Assembly: GCA_963677895.2 (NCBI GenBank) | Contig: CAXXGJ010000038.1 | Coordinates: 320,001-384,000 of the forward strand | Length of the DNA stretch: 64,000 nt | Source: Treponemataceae bacterium | GTDB lineage: Bacteria > Spirochaetota > Spirochaetia > Treponematales > Rectinemataceae | Direction of reading: 5' to 3' | In this document: piece after piece, positions 29,901 through 39,755 of the stretch | Position numbering within the stretch: the first letter of the stretch is position 1 | How the letters are laid out: each line of letters opens with the position of its first letter | Notes under the pieces: model-generated | What the model saw: only the letters and a program-made list of their open reading frames with translations | What the model was told of the DNA's origin: nothing | The model's database searches: none | Position numbers and translations under genes: made by a program

Positions 29901-32900
29901 GTAGCCTTTCTTCCCTTTCAATAGAGAGCCTTCAGCCTCGATCTTCCCTCCCGCAAGCTCCCCGTTCAACCTTATATCGTAACGCTCTGCCTTTTCCTCA
30001 ACCGCGGCCAGCAGGCCCTGAAGCCTGATGCCCCCCAGCGCGCCCTCTCCCACCGAGAGTTCATAGGCTCCTTTTTCTCCCTTGACCGATCCCAGAACGG
30101 CTTCCTCGCCCTTCGACAAGGACAGAGCTCCCGCTATTTTCAGACCCTCGTAGGAAAGCGATCCCCCGTAGCCGAGCGTATATCTCTCGAAGGAACCCTT
30201 CAGCGTGAGTTCACTGAAGCCGGTCATGTCTCCCTTTCCGACAACCTCCAGGAGCATGCCTTCCACGGACTGTCCACCAATTTTACGGCCGGCTTCCCCC
30301 TGCACGACGATGTCGCTCCCGTAGGTCAGACCGCTCTCGCCGTACGCGAATACCGCTTTGCCGCCATATTTCAGGCCCAGGAGATCTTTCAGGATCCCGT
30401 CCATGCCGATGATATCTTTTTCGGGCGAATATCCATCCAGGGCGATTTCGCCGCCTATGGATTTCGCCCCGAGGGTATAGCTCACCGCTCCCTCGAATCC
30501 ATTCTTGTTTCCGACGCTCAGGGTGAGCAGATCGCCGGTCTTGCGCAGCTCCAATCCCTGATCGGAAAGGGTCATGGCATCGCTGAAGAGTCCGGCTTTG
30601 CCCCTCATCACCCATGTGTCCAGCTTCCCCAGCTCTCCCTTGACGAGCTCCCCCCACGAGAGGTCGCCGGATCCGGCGAGGAAGGCATTCGCCCTGTATC
30701 CCTTCAGCCCCGCGAGACCCAGATCGTAGCCGTCGACCCCAAGCCGGATTCTGCCACGGCCTTCGCCATAGCCGATACTCAGCTCATATATCGCCGATCC
30801 GCCGCCCAAGGCTTTTTCCCCGATGAAGATGCCGCTGCCCTCTATCGCCTCGGTGCCTTCCCCTCCATAGCTCCCCTTCAGGCTTCCGGAGAGACCATAG
30901 CCCTCTCCCTCCAGCGTTAGGGCATCCACCTCCGCCCTTCCGCCGCCGATTCTCAAACCCTTCATTCCGACGACCGGATATTTTTCCTTTCCCTCGTAAC
31001 GAAGGCCGACTTCATCGCCTTCCACCCACCAGGATTTATCCTTCCCGTAGGCGCCTCTGAGCGAAAGATTTCCATACACCATGCCGCCATCCACCGCCAA
31101 CGGCAAATCCCTGGCGCTCAGGCTTCCCTCTATCGCATTCCCTCCGCCTATGACCAGCTTGCCTTCGAGGCCGTATCCGCCCTTCAAGGTCAGCAGGCCG
31201 TCTCCGAAGGTTCCATCCAGGCCATAGGTGACGCCTCGATAGCCAAGCTCCGCGGCAAACTTCAGATCCGTTCCGTATTCACCCGTTGCCTTGACCCGTA
31301 CCGTTTCGCCGTCCTTATCCAGTTCCCCGCTCAAGGTGAGACCGTAGCTATCGGCTTTTCTTTCCAGCCCGGCCGCCAAGCCCTTTATTCCGATGCCCAT
31401 TATTGAGGCTTGCCCAACCGTAAGCTCGTATATGCCCTTATCGCCCTTCAGATTCCCCCGAACGATATCGGCCCCTGCCGAGAACGACAGGCCGCCGGCC
31501 ACTTTCAATCCCTCATAGCCCAGCGAACCATCGAAATTGAGTTCATAGGTTCCAAGAACGCCTTTTAAAGCCACTTCGGCGAGCCCGATCCCATCCCCTT
31601 TTCCCGCAACCTCAAACCTCGCGCCATCGGCGGACAGGCCGCCCACCAGACGACCGGCTTCCCCGAGAGCCAGGATCCGGCCTTCATAGGATAATCCGCT
31701 TTCGCCATAGGAAAGGGTGGCTCCACCTTCGAACAAAAGCCCGGAAAGATCCCGCAGCAGAGGGATTCGCGTCACGATATCAACCTCTGGTCTGTACGCG
31801 GCAAGCGATACTTGGCCTTCAAGCTCTTTCCCGCCCAGGCTGTACCGCAGCAGTCCTTCGAATCCCTTGCCGTTTCCCAGCCTCAACGAAAGCAGGTCGG
31901 CGGCCTTCGTTATCTCGATGTCCTGATCGTTCACCGTCAAGGCATCGCCTTCGAGTCCGGCTTTTCCTCTCAGCGCCCAGCCATCCAGTTTTCCCAACTC
32001 GCCGCGAAGCAGTTCCTCGGGCGACAGCTCCCCCGATCCTTCCAACGAGGCATGGGCTCGGAAGCCCTTAAGGCCGACGATTCCCAGGTCATAGCCGCTC
32101 AAGCCGATTTTCAGCCTGCCTTGACCTTCCGTATATCCTATATCTAGATCGTACTGAGCGACTCCGCTGCCCAAGGAGCCTTCGCCGATAAAACGACCGC
32201 GGCCCTCGAGCCCCTTTGCGCCATAGCTTCCGCCAAGGCCGCCAGAAAGCCCGTAGCCCTTCCCCCTCAGCGTCAGGGCAGTCACGTCCACCTTGCCGTC
32301 GCTCACATTCAGTCCATTCATCCAGAGGGCTGGATATTCTCCCTTCCCCTCGTAACGCAGGGCAATCTCGTCGCCTTCCAGCCGCCAGGCCTTGTCCGCC
32401 CCGTAGAATCCCCGCAGCGACAGGTCCCCATAAATACGGCCTTCATCCAGAGCCAAAGGCAAGTCGCGGGCTTTCAGGCTGCCCTTGAGCGTTCCGTCTT
32501 TCCCGATAACAAGCTCACCAATGAGGCCGTATTCTCCCTTCAGGGTCGCCTGACCGTTTGCATAGCTTCCCTCCAGCCCATAGCTCAGCCCTCGATAGCC
32601 AAGGTTTCCGGCAAACTTCGTCAGGGCTCCGAACTCGCCCTTTCCTTTGACGCTGACCGTCTCCCCGGCAACCTTCGCCTCAAGATTTCGTATTTCATAC
32701 CGGCTTTGATCGCCCGATCCGGAACCCGTCAGGATGATCTTGGTGCCATCGACATCGAGGGCTCCCTCCATTCCGAAAGCCGCCCATGATATCTTTCCCT
32801 TGTCTCCCTTGATGCTCAGGATTCCGCTCAGCGACGCCTGCCTGATCCCGTCCGCGGACAGCTGGACCCCGAAGCCCCGCGCGACACTCAACATACCCAG

Positions 32901-35705
32901 CATGTCCAAGTCCTGGAGGTTCATCCGCCATTCGTAGCCGGAATTCCCCTTCAGGATAAATCCATCGCCCTCGACTTTTCCGGCTCCTATTTCCGCCTTC
33001 AGCCTGAGTCCGTATCTATCGCCTTCGCTTTTTATTCCAGCAGTCAGATTTTTGAGCCCGACGCCCCCCAGGAGACCTTCCCCGACGGTCACGTCATAGC
33101 TCCCTCGCTCCCCCTTCACCGTCCCCCGCAGCGCTTCCCCATCTTTCGAGAGGGAGATCTCGCCGGCCGCCGCCAGTCCCTCAAAGCCGAACGAACCTTC
33201 ATAACCTATCCTGTAATCGCCAAGCCTTCCCTTGACGGCTATTTCCCCAAATCCCCGCTCATTTCCCTTTCCGACAAGCTCCACGCTCGCGCCCGCCACC
33301 GGCAGGCCGCTCACTTTCTGCCCCGCCTCGCCCTTCACGAAAACGTCGCCCTCATACTTCAATCCGTTTTTATCGTACGCAAAGGAGGCTCCGCCATCGT
33401 AGCGCAGCGCGAGATACTCCTTCAGCGCGCCCGCCAGTCCCAGGACATCGCCCTCAGGCCGATACCCTTTCAGATTGACAGCTCCCGTCACGGACTCACC
33501 GCCAAGCGCGTATCGCAGGACCGCGTCGAAGCCTTTTCCGTTCCCTATCTTCAGCGAAAGGTCATTGCCAGATTTACTAAGCTCCAGCCTCTGATCGGAA
33601 ATCGTCATGGCGCTGCCCTCAAGGCCGGCGCTACCCGCAAGCCCGGCTTTGCCTTTCAGCACCCAGCCGTCCAGCTTCCCGTACTCGCCGCGCGACAGTT
33701 CCTCGAACGACAGTTCACCGGATCCCTCGAGCAAGGCTTTTGCCCGGTAGCCATTTACGCCTATCAGCCCCAGGTCATAGTCGTCCACCTGCAGCTTCAG
33801 CTTGCCGATGCCTTCGCCGTAGCCCAGACTCAGCCCATAACGAGCCGTTCCGCCGCCAAGCGTCCCTTCCCCGACAAGAGTGGCGGAGCCCTCCATGGCA
33901 TTTTTTCCATAGCTTCCTCTCAGGCCGCCGGATAGACCGTAACCCTTGCCCCGCAGCGACAAGGTCTCCACGGACAGCTTTCCCGCGTCGAGTTTCAGGT
34001 TCTTCAGTTCGATTGTCGGGATTTCTCCCTTCCCTTCGTACCGTACGCTGACTTCGTCGCCTTCCACCCTCCAGGTCCCGTTCGCCGCATAATCGCCACG
34101 CAGCGACAGATCCAGGTTGAGAAGGCCGCCATCCACGGCCAAGGGAAGACCTTTAGCCTTGAGGTTTCCGCCGAAGGCTCCCCCTTCGAGGAATCGTACC
34201 TCGCCTTTAACCCCATAGCCGCCGTTCAGGGTCACCAGCCCCTTTCCGTAAGTCCCTTCCAGCAGGTAGGACCTCTCCCGATACGCAAGCTTGACTTTGA
34301 AGCCCAGCTCAGTTCCGTATTTTCCAGTACCATCAATAGATAAGGACTGGCCATCCTTCTCCAGTTCACCCTTGAGCCTCAGGCTGTAGATATCGCCCCG
34401 CTTCTCCACTCCGGCCATCAAGTCCCTGATCGTAAGGCCTTTCAGGACGGCATCTCCGACCGATAGGGCGTAGCTTCCGTTCTCGCCCTCGAGATTCCCC
34501 CGAAGGGTTTCATTTTCGGCGGACAGGGACAATGCGCCGGAAATTTTCAGCCCCTTATAGTCCAGCGGGCCTTCATACCCTAGGGTATAGGCGCCTACCT
34601 TGCCCTTAAGCCGCAGGTTTTCCAGTCCCTCCGCGTTTCCCTTCCCGACGGCTTCCAGCTCCGCGCCTTCCACCGACAGCCCGCCCACGCGCTTACCGGC
34701 TTCCCCGGCGGCCTGCAGACGACCTTCATAGGACAGCCCGCCTTTTCCGTAGGAAAAAAGGACTTCACCCTGGTATTTCAGCCCGAACAGATCCTTGAGG
34801 AGGGCATCGAATCCGGCCAGGTCGGCTTCGGGCCTATAATCCTTCAGCCTTACCTCGCCATCCAAAGCTTCTTTCCTCGGCGAGTACCGCAGGGTTCCTT
34901 CCAGACCGCTTCCGTTCTCCAGCCTCAGTTCGAACATCTCGCCCGATTTCGCGATGGACATCTTCTGTTCGGCCAGCGTCATGGTTCCATAACGCGCGGA
35001 AAGCCCGAGCGAAGCCGTAAGCTGGGAAAAATCGGTCGGCATGGCTGCCCTGGCCATCGTCACCTGCAGGAAGACTTCCCGCGCCTCGGCGGCGGGAACC
35101 GTGGCGAAGACGATCGCGGAGGGCACGACCAATTCCAGCAGACCTGAGATCGTGGATACCTGGAGCGAAGATATGGACGCGCCGTATTTTCCTCTCTCGC
35201 CATCGCGGATGCCGATGGAGATATCGCTGAGGTCGATGGAGAGACGCGGCAATTCGCCGGCCGGCTGATCGGCCAGATACTTGTTGATGTTGTCGTAAAT
35301 GCTGACATCGTCGGGAAATTCCAGGTCGATGCCTATGCCGGAGACCCGTATCTCCCTGACGATGTCGGCCGGTTTTCCGAAAATCGCGGCCCAGAGATCG
35401 ACGCGCAGCTCCAGGTCTCGCGCCGAAATCACCTTGCGGCGCAAAATGGAATAATCGTCTGCGGTTTCCTGGAAAAGCTCTATATCGTGGATGGATACGC
35501 GGCTGGATGAGGATAGTACGGCGTACCCGTAGCCCAGCCTGAGGCCTGTAATCGAAAAGACGGTATCCTGGAGGGAATTGATGACGGTTTCGATGCGCTT
35601 GTCGGCATACTTCCGCACACGTGGTACGGTGTACACCGCGAGTATCCCTGCGACCAGAACCGCGATTATGACGGCCCAGGCCAATTTAGCGCTTTTTCGT
35701 GCCAT
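26970..35705 (-). CDS. tamB: Giant TamB/AsmA-like translocation and assembly protein (2911 aa)
   Basis: N-terminal membrane anchor, Gly-rich beta-strand body and a C-terminal DUF490-like region (LSSVPFYSETQL, YVGKYI, final SWRYVY). Immediately upstream of bamA, as in other spirochaetes. Confidence 0.8.
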   Translation of the reverse strand: MARKSAKLAWAVIIAVLVAGILAVYTVPRVRKYADKRIETVINSLQDTVFSITGLRLGYGYAVLSSSSRVSIHDIELFQETADDYSILRRKVISARDLELRVDLWAAIFGKPADIVREIRVSGIGIDLEFPDDVSIYDNINKYLADQPAGELPRLSIDLSDISIGIRDGERGKYGASISSLQVSTISGLLELVVPSAIVFATVPAAEAREVFLQVTMARAAMPTDFSQLTASLGLSARYGTMTLAEQKMSIAKSGEMFELRLENGSGLEGTLRYSPRKEALDGEVRLKDYRPEADLAGFDALLKDLFGLKYQGEVLFSYGKGGLSYEGRLQAAGEAGKRVGGLSVEGAELEAVGKGNAEGLENLRLKGKVGAYTLGYEGPLDYKGLKISGALSLSAENETLRGNLEGENGSYALSVGDAVLKGLTIRDLMAGVEKRGDIYSLRLKGELEKDGQSLSIDGTGKYGTELGFKVKLAYRERSYLLEGTYGKGLVTLNGGYGVKGEVRFLEGGAFGGNLKAKGLPLAVDGGLLNLDLSLRGDYAANGTWRVEGDEVSVRYEGKGEIPTIELKNLKLDAGKLSVETLSLRGKGYGLSGGLRGSYGKNAMEGSATLVGEGTLGGGTARYGLSLGYGEGIGKLKLQVDDYDLGLIGVNGYRAKALLEGSGELSFEELSRGEYGKLDGWVLKGKAGLAGSAGLEGSAMTISDQRLELSKSGNDLSLKIGNGKGFDAVLRYALGGESVTGAVNLKGYRPEGDVLGLAGALKEYLALRYDGGASFAYDKNGLKYEGDVFVKGEAGQKVSGLPVAGASVELVGKGNERGFGEIAVKGRLGDYRIGYEGSFGFEGLAAAGEISLSKDGEALRGTVKGERGSYDVTVGEGLLGGVGLKNLTAGIKSEGDRYGLRLKAEIGAGKVEGDGFILKGNSGYEWRMNLQDLDMLGMLSVARGFGVQLSADGIRQASLSGILSIKGDKGKISWAAFGMEGALDVDGTKIILTGSGSGDQSRYEIRNLEAKVAGETVSVKGKGEFGALTKFAGNLGYRGLSYGLEGSYANGQATLKGEYGLIGELVIGKDGTLKGSLKARDLPLALDEGRIYGDLSLRGFYGADKAWRLEGDEIALRYEGKGEYPALWMNGLNVSDGKVDVTALTLRGKGYGLSGGLGGSYGAKGLEGRGRFIGEGSLGSGVAQYDLDIGYTEGQGRLKIGLSGYDLGIVGLKGFRAHASLEGSGELSPEELLRGELGKLDGWALRGKAGLEGDALTVNDQDIEITKAADLLSLRLGNGKGFEGLLRYSLGGKELEGQVSLAAYRPEVDIVTRIPLLRDLSGLLFEGGATLSYGESGLSYEGRILALGEAGRLVGGLSADGARFEVAGKGDGIGLAEVALKGVLGTYELNFDGSLGYEGLKVAGGLSFSAGADIVRGNLKGDKGIYELTVGQASIMGIGIKGLAAGLERKADSYGLTLSGELDKDGETVRVKATGEYGTDLKFAAELGYRGVTYGLDGTFGDGLLTLKGGYGLEGKLVIGGGNAIEGSLSARDLPLAVDGGMVYGNLSLRGAYGKDKSWWVEGDEVGLRYEGKEKYPVVGMKGLRIGGGRAEVDALTLEGEGYGLSGSLKGSYGGEGTEAIEGSGIFIGEKALGGGSAIYELSIGYGEGRGRIRLGVDGYDLGLAGLKGYRANAFLAGSGDLSWGELVKGELGKLDTWVMRGKAGLFSDAMTLSDQGLELRKTGDLLTLSVGNKNGFEGAVSYTLGAKSIGGEIALDGYSPEKDIIGMDGILKDLLGLKYGGKAVFAYGESGLTYGSDIVVQGEAGRKIGGQSVEGMLLEVVGKGDMTGFSELTLKGSFERYTLGYGGSLSYEGLKIAGALSLSKGEEAVLGSVKGEKGAYELSVGEGALGGIRLQGLLAAVEEKAERYDIRLNGELAGGKIEAEGSLLKGKKGYEGRMSLQDTEIMGLLRLAEVFGLKVPEIGLKKALVSGGFSLSGDYEKVAWAVGNLKGELELESGKVIVKGSGIGDGSRFEIKELNLETGAENISVKGTGEYGAGIKFAGDVGFRGMNYGLEGVYEKGLVRFNGDYGLEGEVLIGDDGTYKGALKAKGFPLTMADGLVYGDLSLRGTLGADKVWQIDGDEVGLRYEYEGENEYPTLGMKGVKISEGKLDVGTLTVTGKDYGLSGYLNVGYKNLLTKPTITLDGSLRSAKNAVETYNVNATYIDGILDAKIGIAGFPLERYVKKDIKGAIEGTISILGPIDRAAIKLDQLDLKILPPVKLDAKLIGGEYRNIPIKMTASGSLENGLLKIVSPKIDYLNHQAENISAAILPAEGRINLSFDYRTVLGSERLETSVVAEARVHGASADASANASAENKGFSAEFSGKILNAKYRETLVDRWEFSGTYGNGNLSFEGDRGALTANIAADGAFEVTMKDRFPVSANIKGTMSGNIVTASMENLEIDLKKFSSVLPTGKISLLDGVLTGDLTLKGPISDPEINGALTLKKAKILSRELVLGELGPFSTTLNFTGKNIEMAPATVPLEKGVVEVSASGLLDQWALTDLKFNVVSQKDSVVNVSTKIAGITVVDAKAQVDMVLSIENDVLVAEGSVYLERGQVMIDPQGFQPENAAPVDPDALAFRIKAAMTFGKQLEVYLPDNKIPLVRGYTSPGSYLTLQYDSSSQDFSLDGKIDLRTGYVLYYLRSFFLKSGSIYFSENSTKFNPLITAVAELRESNALGTVKIMLNAENSPLEHLNPTLSSVPFYSETQLIAMMSGGVLAADTSETLNIREAAIASSEFIPQFNIFKSFERKVQTALGLDIVFIRSSFMQRWLLDLTKPATEANPEDPLARYLDQSELYVGKYITDSAFLHAGLKFREDPLVSSSRLRLDSEFGIELDSPIGLINWSITPSIDEGSLVTGQELSLSWRYVY
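29200..34985 (-). repeat. Four large internal repeats within tamB
   Basis: Recurring anchors MT(L/I)xxQ..K.G, Y(R/S)PE.D, GEAG..(V/I)xG, LPLA.D.G, W..EGDE...RYE and YGLSG. Units start near 34985, 33610, 31943 and 30578. Confidence 0.88.
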
Positions 35706-35758
35706 CCGATCAATTCCTGCGTAGAAAATATGAGCTGTGCCCTATATACTAACACATC

Positions 35759-36412
35759 ATGCAAAGCTATGACACAGTTACGGCCATAAAAAACTTCATC
35801 GTTTTTGAAGGCATAGACGGTTCCGGGACGACGACACAGATGCGAAGGCTTTCGTCGATGATGGAAAAAAACGCCATTCCCCATATGATCACCGCGGAGC
35901 CCACATCCCGCCCCGAAGGCGTCCTCATCCGACGAGTCCTCAGAGGGGACATCAAGGCCGAACCTGGCACGGTCGCCTACCTCTTCGCCGCGGATCGATA
36001 TCAGCATGTTTTTGGCGAAGAAGGCATTCTCAACGCGACCAAGGGGGGAAAAATCGTCGTCTGCGACCGCTATTCCCTGTCCAGTCTCGCCTATCAGGGC
36101 ATCACCTGCGGCAAGGAGCTTCCGAGGCGTCTCAACGAGATATTCCCCATTCCCGGCCTCACGATTTTTTTCAAAATCGATCCGGAGACAGCCATGCGCA
36201 GGGTCAGCGCAAGGGATCAGTTAGAGATTTATGAAAAACTGCACATCCAGAAGCAAGTGAGCGCGGCATATGAGGAAGCGCTGGCCGACGCGAAGGCCGC
36301 CGGATGGAAAATCGCGGTAATAGACGCGGAAAAATCCATGGACGAAGTCACCGGGCAGATATTCCTGGCCCTGGAGAATCATCTGGAGACTCGTCTGGTG
36401 ACGCGTCTATAG
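35759..36412 (+). CDS. tmk: Thymidylate kinase
   Basis: FIVFEGIDGSGTTTQ, LFAADR and CDRYSLSSLAYQG motifs. Confidence 0.95.
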   Translation: MQSYDTVTAIKNFIVFEGIDGSGTTTQMRRLSSMMEKNAIPHMITAEPTSRPEGVLIRRVLRGDIKAEPGTVAYLFAADRYQHVFGEEGILNATKGGKIVVCDRYSLSSLAYQGITCGKELPRRLNEIFPIPGLTIFFKIDPETAMRRVSARDQLEIYEKLHIQKQVSAAYEEALADAKAAGWKIAVIDAEKSMDEVTGQIFLALENHLETRLVTRL

Positions 36413-36419
36413 ACGCGTC
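36371..36419. repeat. Four degenerate 12-bp tandem repeats ending in a 20-bp palindrome at the tmk stop
   Basis: ctggagaatcat/ctggagactcgt/ctggtgacgcgt/ctatagacgcgt; gacgcgtctatagacgcgtc at 36400-36419. Confidence 0.7.
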
Positions 36420-36430
36420 GGGAATACTGA

Positions 36431-37474
36431 TCAGCGGATGAGCATTGCGTCGCCGTAGCTGAAGAACCTGTATCCCTTCTCGATGGCTTCTGCATAGGTA
36501 TTCAGGATGCTTTCCCTCCCGGCGAAGGCCGAGACGAGCATGAGCAGGGTGGACATGGGCGTATGGAAATTCGTGAACAGCTGGTCGATCACGTTGAAAC
36601 GATATCCGGGATAGATGAATATGCTCGTGCTCGAGGCGCCGGCGCGCAGACCCTCGGGACTCCATGAAGATTCCAGCGTCCTCAGGCTCGTCGTTCCGAC
36701 GGCAAGGATCTTGCGTCCCTCCCTCTTCGCGGCATTGACCGCGGCCGCCGTTTTCTCTGATACCGAATACCATTCCTCGTGCATCCTGTGCTGCTCGATC
36801 TGTTCCGCGCGAACGGGCAGGAAGGTTCCAAGCCCCACATGAAGGGTAACCCATTCCATCTGAATGCCGGCCGCGGCGATCGAATCGAGGATAGCCTCGG
36901 TGAAATGAAGTCCGGCTGTGGGGCATGCCGCCGAGCCCGTCATCCTGGCATAGACGGTCTGGTACCTGTCGGAGTCGGCCGTATCGTCGTCCCTTTTTAT
37001 ATAGGGAGGAAGAGGGATATGGCCATTGAGGTCCAGGTAGGCGTCCCCCACGGGAAGGTCGAACTCGATTATTTTTTCGTCGGCGTTTTCCCCGACGATG
37101 CTGCCCTTTATGCCGCCCGGGAAAAGATAGGTTCTTCCGATTTTTTGCCTTCTGGCCTTGCTGGCCATGGCGATCCAGGAAGTGGCCGAGACCACGGGAC
37201 CGATTTGTCCGCCAACGGGAGAGAGAAGGAGGAATTCCACCTTGGCGCCGGTATCGAGCGCCGTGCCATAAAGCCTTGCCTTTCTGACCTTGGAATCGTT
37301 GAATACCATGACGGTACCCGGTTCGAGGAAGCTCGCCACGTCGGACACCATCGAATGCTTCCGATTTCCGTTGGCGCGGTCCAGGACCAGAAGCCGCGAC
37401 TCGCCGCGCTTTTCGGTCGGATATTGGGCTATCGATGTTTCGGGAAGGTTAAAATTGAAGTCGTCCGTTCTCAC
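36431..37474 (-). CDS. queA: tRNA preQ1(34) S-adenosylmethionine ribosyltransferase-isomerase QueA
   Basis: [34 protein letters not shown] and [10 protein letters not shown] motifs. Confidence 0.97.
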   Translation of the reverse strand: MRTDDFNFNLPETSIAQYPTEKRGESRLLVLDRANGNRKHSMVSDVASFLEPGTVMVFNDSKVRKARLYGTALDTGAKVEFLLLSPVGGQIGPVVSATSWIAMASKARRQKIGRTYLFPGGIKGSIVGENADEKIIEFDLPVGDAYLDLNGHIPLPPYIKRDDDTADSDRYQTVYARMTGSAACPTAGLHFTEAILDSIAAAGIQMEWVTLHVGLGTFLPVRAEQIEQHRMHEEWYSVSEKTAAAVNAAKREGRKILAVGTTSLRTLESSWSPEGLRAGASSTSIFIYPGYRFNVIDQLFTNFHTPMSTLLMLVSAFAGRESILNTYAEAIEKGYRFFSYGDAMLIR

Positions 37475-38504
37475 TGCTGTACTCCATGCCTAGATGTTTG
37501 TATGCGAACGGCGTCGCTATGCGTCCACGCGGCGTTCTCGCCAAGAGTCCCGCCTGGATGAGGAAGGGTTCGTAGTAATCTTCGAGGCTGTCCACGCCCT
37601 CCCCGACCGTTATGGCCAGAGTCTCGGCTCCCACGGGTCCGCCGGAATATTTCGTGATGATTGCCTTCAGGATATCCCTATCGAGGCGTTCGAGGCCGAG
37701 TTCGTCCACTTCGAGGCGGGACAGCCCTTCCCTCACGACCTCGATGTCGATGGAATCCTTGCCGGCCACCTGGGCGAAATCCCTCATGCGGCGCAGGAGC
37801 CTGTTCGCGATGCGCGGGGTGCCGCGACTCGTGGACGCCAGAAGCCTCACGGCTTCCCTGCCGATTTTTATCGCCAGTATCGAGGCGGAGCGGTTGATGA
37901 CGAGTTCCAGTTCCTCGGCGCTGTAATAATCGAACCTAAGCGAAATCCCGAAACGGCTTGCCAGGGGAGCCGAGACCATGCCGGCCTTCGTCGTCGCGCC
38001 GATCAGGGTAAAGGGCGGTACAGGCACGCGCACCGTCCTCGCTGAGGGTCCCTGGCCGATGATCCAGTCCAGCTCGAAATCCTCCATGGCGATATAGAGC
38101 ATTTCCTCGATAGCCGGCTTGAGTCTGTGGATTTCATCGATGAAAAAGACGGATCCCGGCCGCAGCGTCGTCAGGATGCCCGCGAGGTCTTTGGGCTTTT
38201 CCAGGGCTGGCGCGCTGGTAGGCTTGAAATCCGAGCCCATCTCGGAGGCCACGACGAGGGCTAGGGTCGTCTTTCCGAGCCCCGGGGGCCCCATGAGAAA
38301 AAGATGATCCAGGGGTTCGCCGCGTTCGGTGGCCGCCCTGATGAATATCGAAAGATTTTCCTTTATGCGAGCCTGTCCCTGGAATTCCGAGAGGACGTGA
38401 GGCCGCAGGGTAGCCTCGCGCTCGTCTTCGGCGGGATCGAAATTGGGATCCATGGCGCCGCTTTTCATGTCGAAATCAGTATTTTCAGCCGACGCCTTCC
38501 TCAT
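37449..38504 (-). CDS. ruvB: Holliday junction branch migration helicase RuvB
   Basis: [32 protein letters not shown] and RTPRGR motifs. Confidence 0.98.
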   Translation of the reverse strand: MRKASAENTDFDMKSGAMDPNFDPAEDEREATLRPHVLSEFQGQARIKENLSIFIRAATERGEPLDHLFLMGPPGLGKTTLALVVASEMGSDFKPTSAPALEKPKDLAGILTTLRPGSVFFIDEIHRLKPAIEEMLYIAMEDFELDWIIGQGPSARTVRVPVPPFTLIGATTKAGMVSAPLASRFGISLRFDYYSAEELELVINRSASILAIKIGREAVRLLASTSRGTPRIANRLLRRMRDFAQVAGKDSIDIEVVREGLSRLEVDELGLERLDRDILKAIITKYSGGPVGAETLAITVGEGVDSLEDYYEPFLIQAGLLARTPRGRIATPFAYKHLGMEYSSENGRLQF

Positions 38505-39133
38505 TTGGAGCCCCCGGCGGAAAGGTCTAGGAGAGCTCGCCTGAAGAGTTCACGTTCGCCCGATGGCGAACGGTCGGCGCCCGCCGAATCGGCGGCGCCC
38601 GAGGGAATGTCGGCCGAAAGCTTCCGTACCGAAGCCTCCACCGATTTTCTGTCGAAGCCCATGTCGGCGAGCGCGCTCACCACATCGCTCCAGGGCGAAG
38701 AAGCCACGGCGGCCTCCCCTTCGGCGCTTAGGTCGACAAGGCGCCCCTTGAGCGCCAGCACCATCTTCTGGGCCATCTTGGGCCCCACGCCGGAAATTTT
38801 CTGGAGAGCCGAGAGATTGCCCGCGTCGAGCGCGGCGGCCAGATCCATCGGGGAAATCCCCGAAAGTATCTTGAGCGCCTGCTTGGGCCCGATGCCTTCC
38901 ACCTTCATGAGATCGAGGAATATCGCGCGTTCGTGTTCCGACGGAAAGCCGAAGAGCTTCATGCCGTCCTCGTAATGATGAAGCCAGACGAAAACCTCGG
39001 TCTGCTCGCCCGCCGGCCCGAAAAGCCCGGACGCGCGCGCGGGAACGGCGATATCCCATTCGATGCCGCCGGTGAGGACGAATATGGAACCGGCCGAGCG
39101 GCCCGAAAGAAGACCCAGTATTCTATTGAACAT
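38501..39133 (-). CDS. ruvA: Holliday junction branch migration protein RuvA
   Basis: LFGF, VEGIGPK and SGVGPK HhH motifs; ALADMGF domain III. Confidence 0.95.
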   Translation of the reverse strand: MFNRILGLLSGRSAGSIFVLTGGIEWDIAVPARASGLFGPAGEQTEVFVWLHHYEDGMKLFGFPSEHERAIFLDLMKVEGIGPKQALKILSGISPMDLAAALDAGNLSALQKISGVGPKMAQKMVLALKGRLVDLSAEGEAAVASSPWSDVVSALADMGFDRKSVEASVRKLSADIPSGAADSAGADRSPSGERELFRRALLDLSAGGSK

Positions 39134-39209
39134 TGAGGGAAGTATAACAGGTTTCGCGCCGCCTGCGCCAGAGCGGGGGACGATGAGCCGGCGTAATGTC
39201 AGTACTATG

Positions 39210-39755
39210 TCAGGAAAGGGATATGCCTACAGGGCCTTCGGAATGCAGTCTGCATATGGCGGCGGCCAAGGCGTCGGCGGCATGATCAGGAGAGGGTTTC
39301 TTCTCGAGCCCGAGCAGAATCCTCACCATCTCCTGCACCTGAGCCTTGTCGGCCCTCGCCGTCCCCGTCACGGCTTTCTTGATGGCGTTGGGAGTGAACT
39401 CGGCAAGGGGCACGGAGGCCAGGATAAAGACCAGCTTGATGACGCCCCTGGCCTCGGCCACGGGCAGGGCGGAACTGACGTTGCGGAAGAAATACAAATC
39501 CTCGATGCCGCCCACGTCGGGCTTGTAGAGGGTCAGTATGGAATGTATTTCGTTGAAAATGATCTGGAGCCTTTCGGCGGATGGCATTTCGGAAGATGTC
39601 TTGACGCAGCCGTGGGCAAGGTGCCTGATCTGGCCGCTTTTGCCCTCGACGATAAGACCGTAGCCCAGCGAGGCGAGGCCGGGATCGATGCCAATGATGA
39701 TCCGCTCGCCGCGGATCCGTGTCGACATCATAGTCCCGGCCTTGTCATCCCTCAC
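39210..39755 (-). CDS. ruvC: Crossover junction endodeoxyribonuclease RuvC
   Basis: IGIDPG, EARGVI, IKKAVTG..ADK.QV and DHAADALA motifs. Start uncertain by a few codons. Confidence 0.96.
   Translation of the reverse strand: MRDDKAGTMMSTRIRGERIIIGIDPGLASLGYGLIVEGKSGQIRHLAHGCVKTSSEMPSAERLQIIFNEIHSILTLYKPDVGGIEDLYFFRNVSSALPVAEARGVIKLVFILASVPLAEFTPNAIKKAVTGTARADKAQVQEMVRILLGLEKKPSPDHAADALAAAICRLHSEGPVGISLS

Noticed and set aside
39134..39209. SOS/LexA-like operator shared by ruvA, mutS and the helicase
   Set aside because: No common palindrome was found by eye upstream of these genes.
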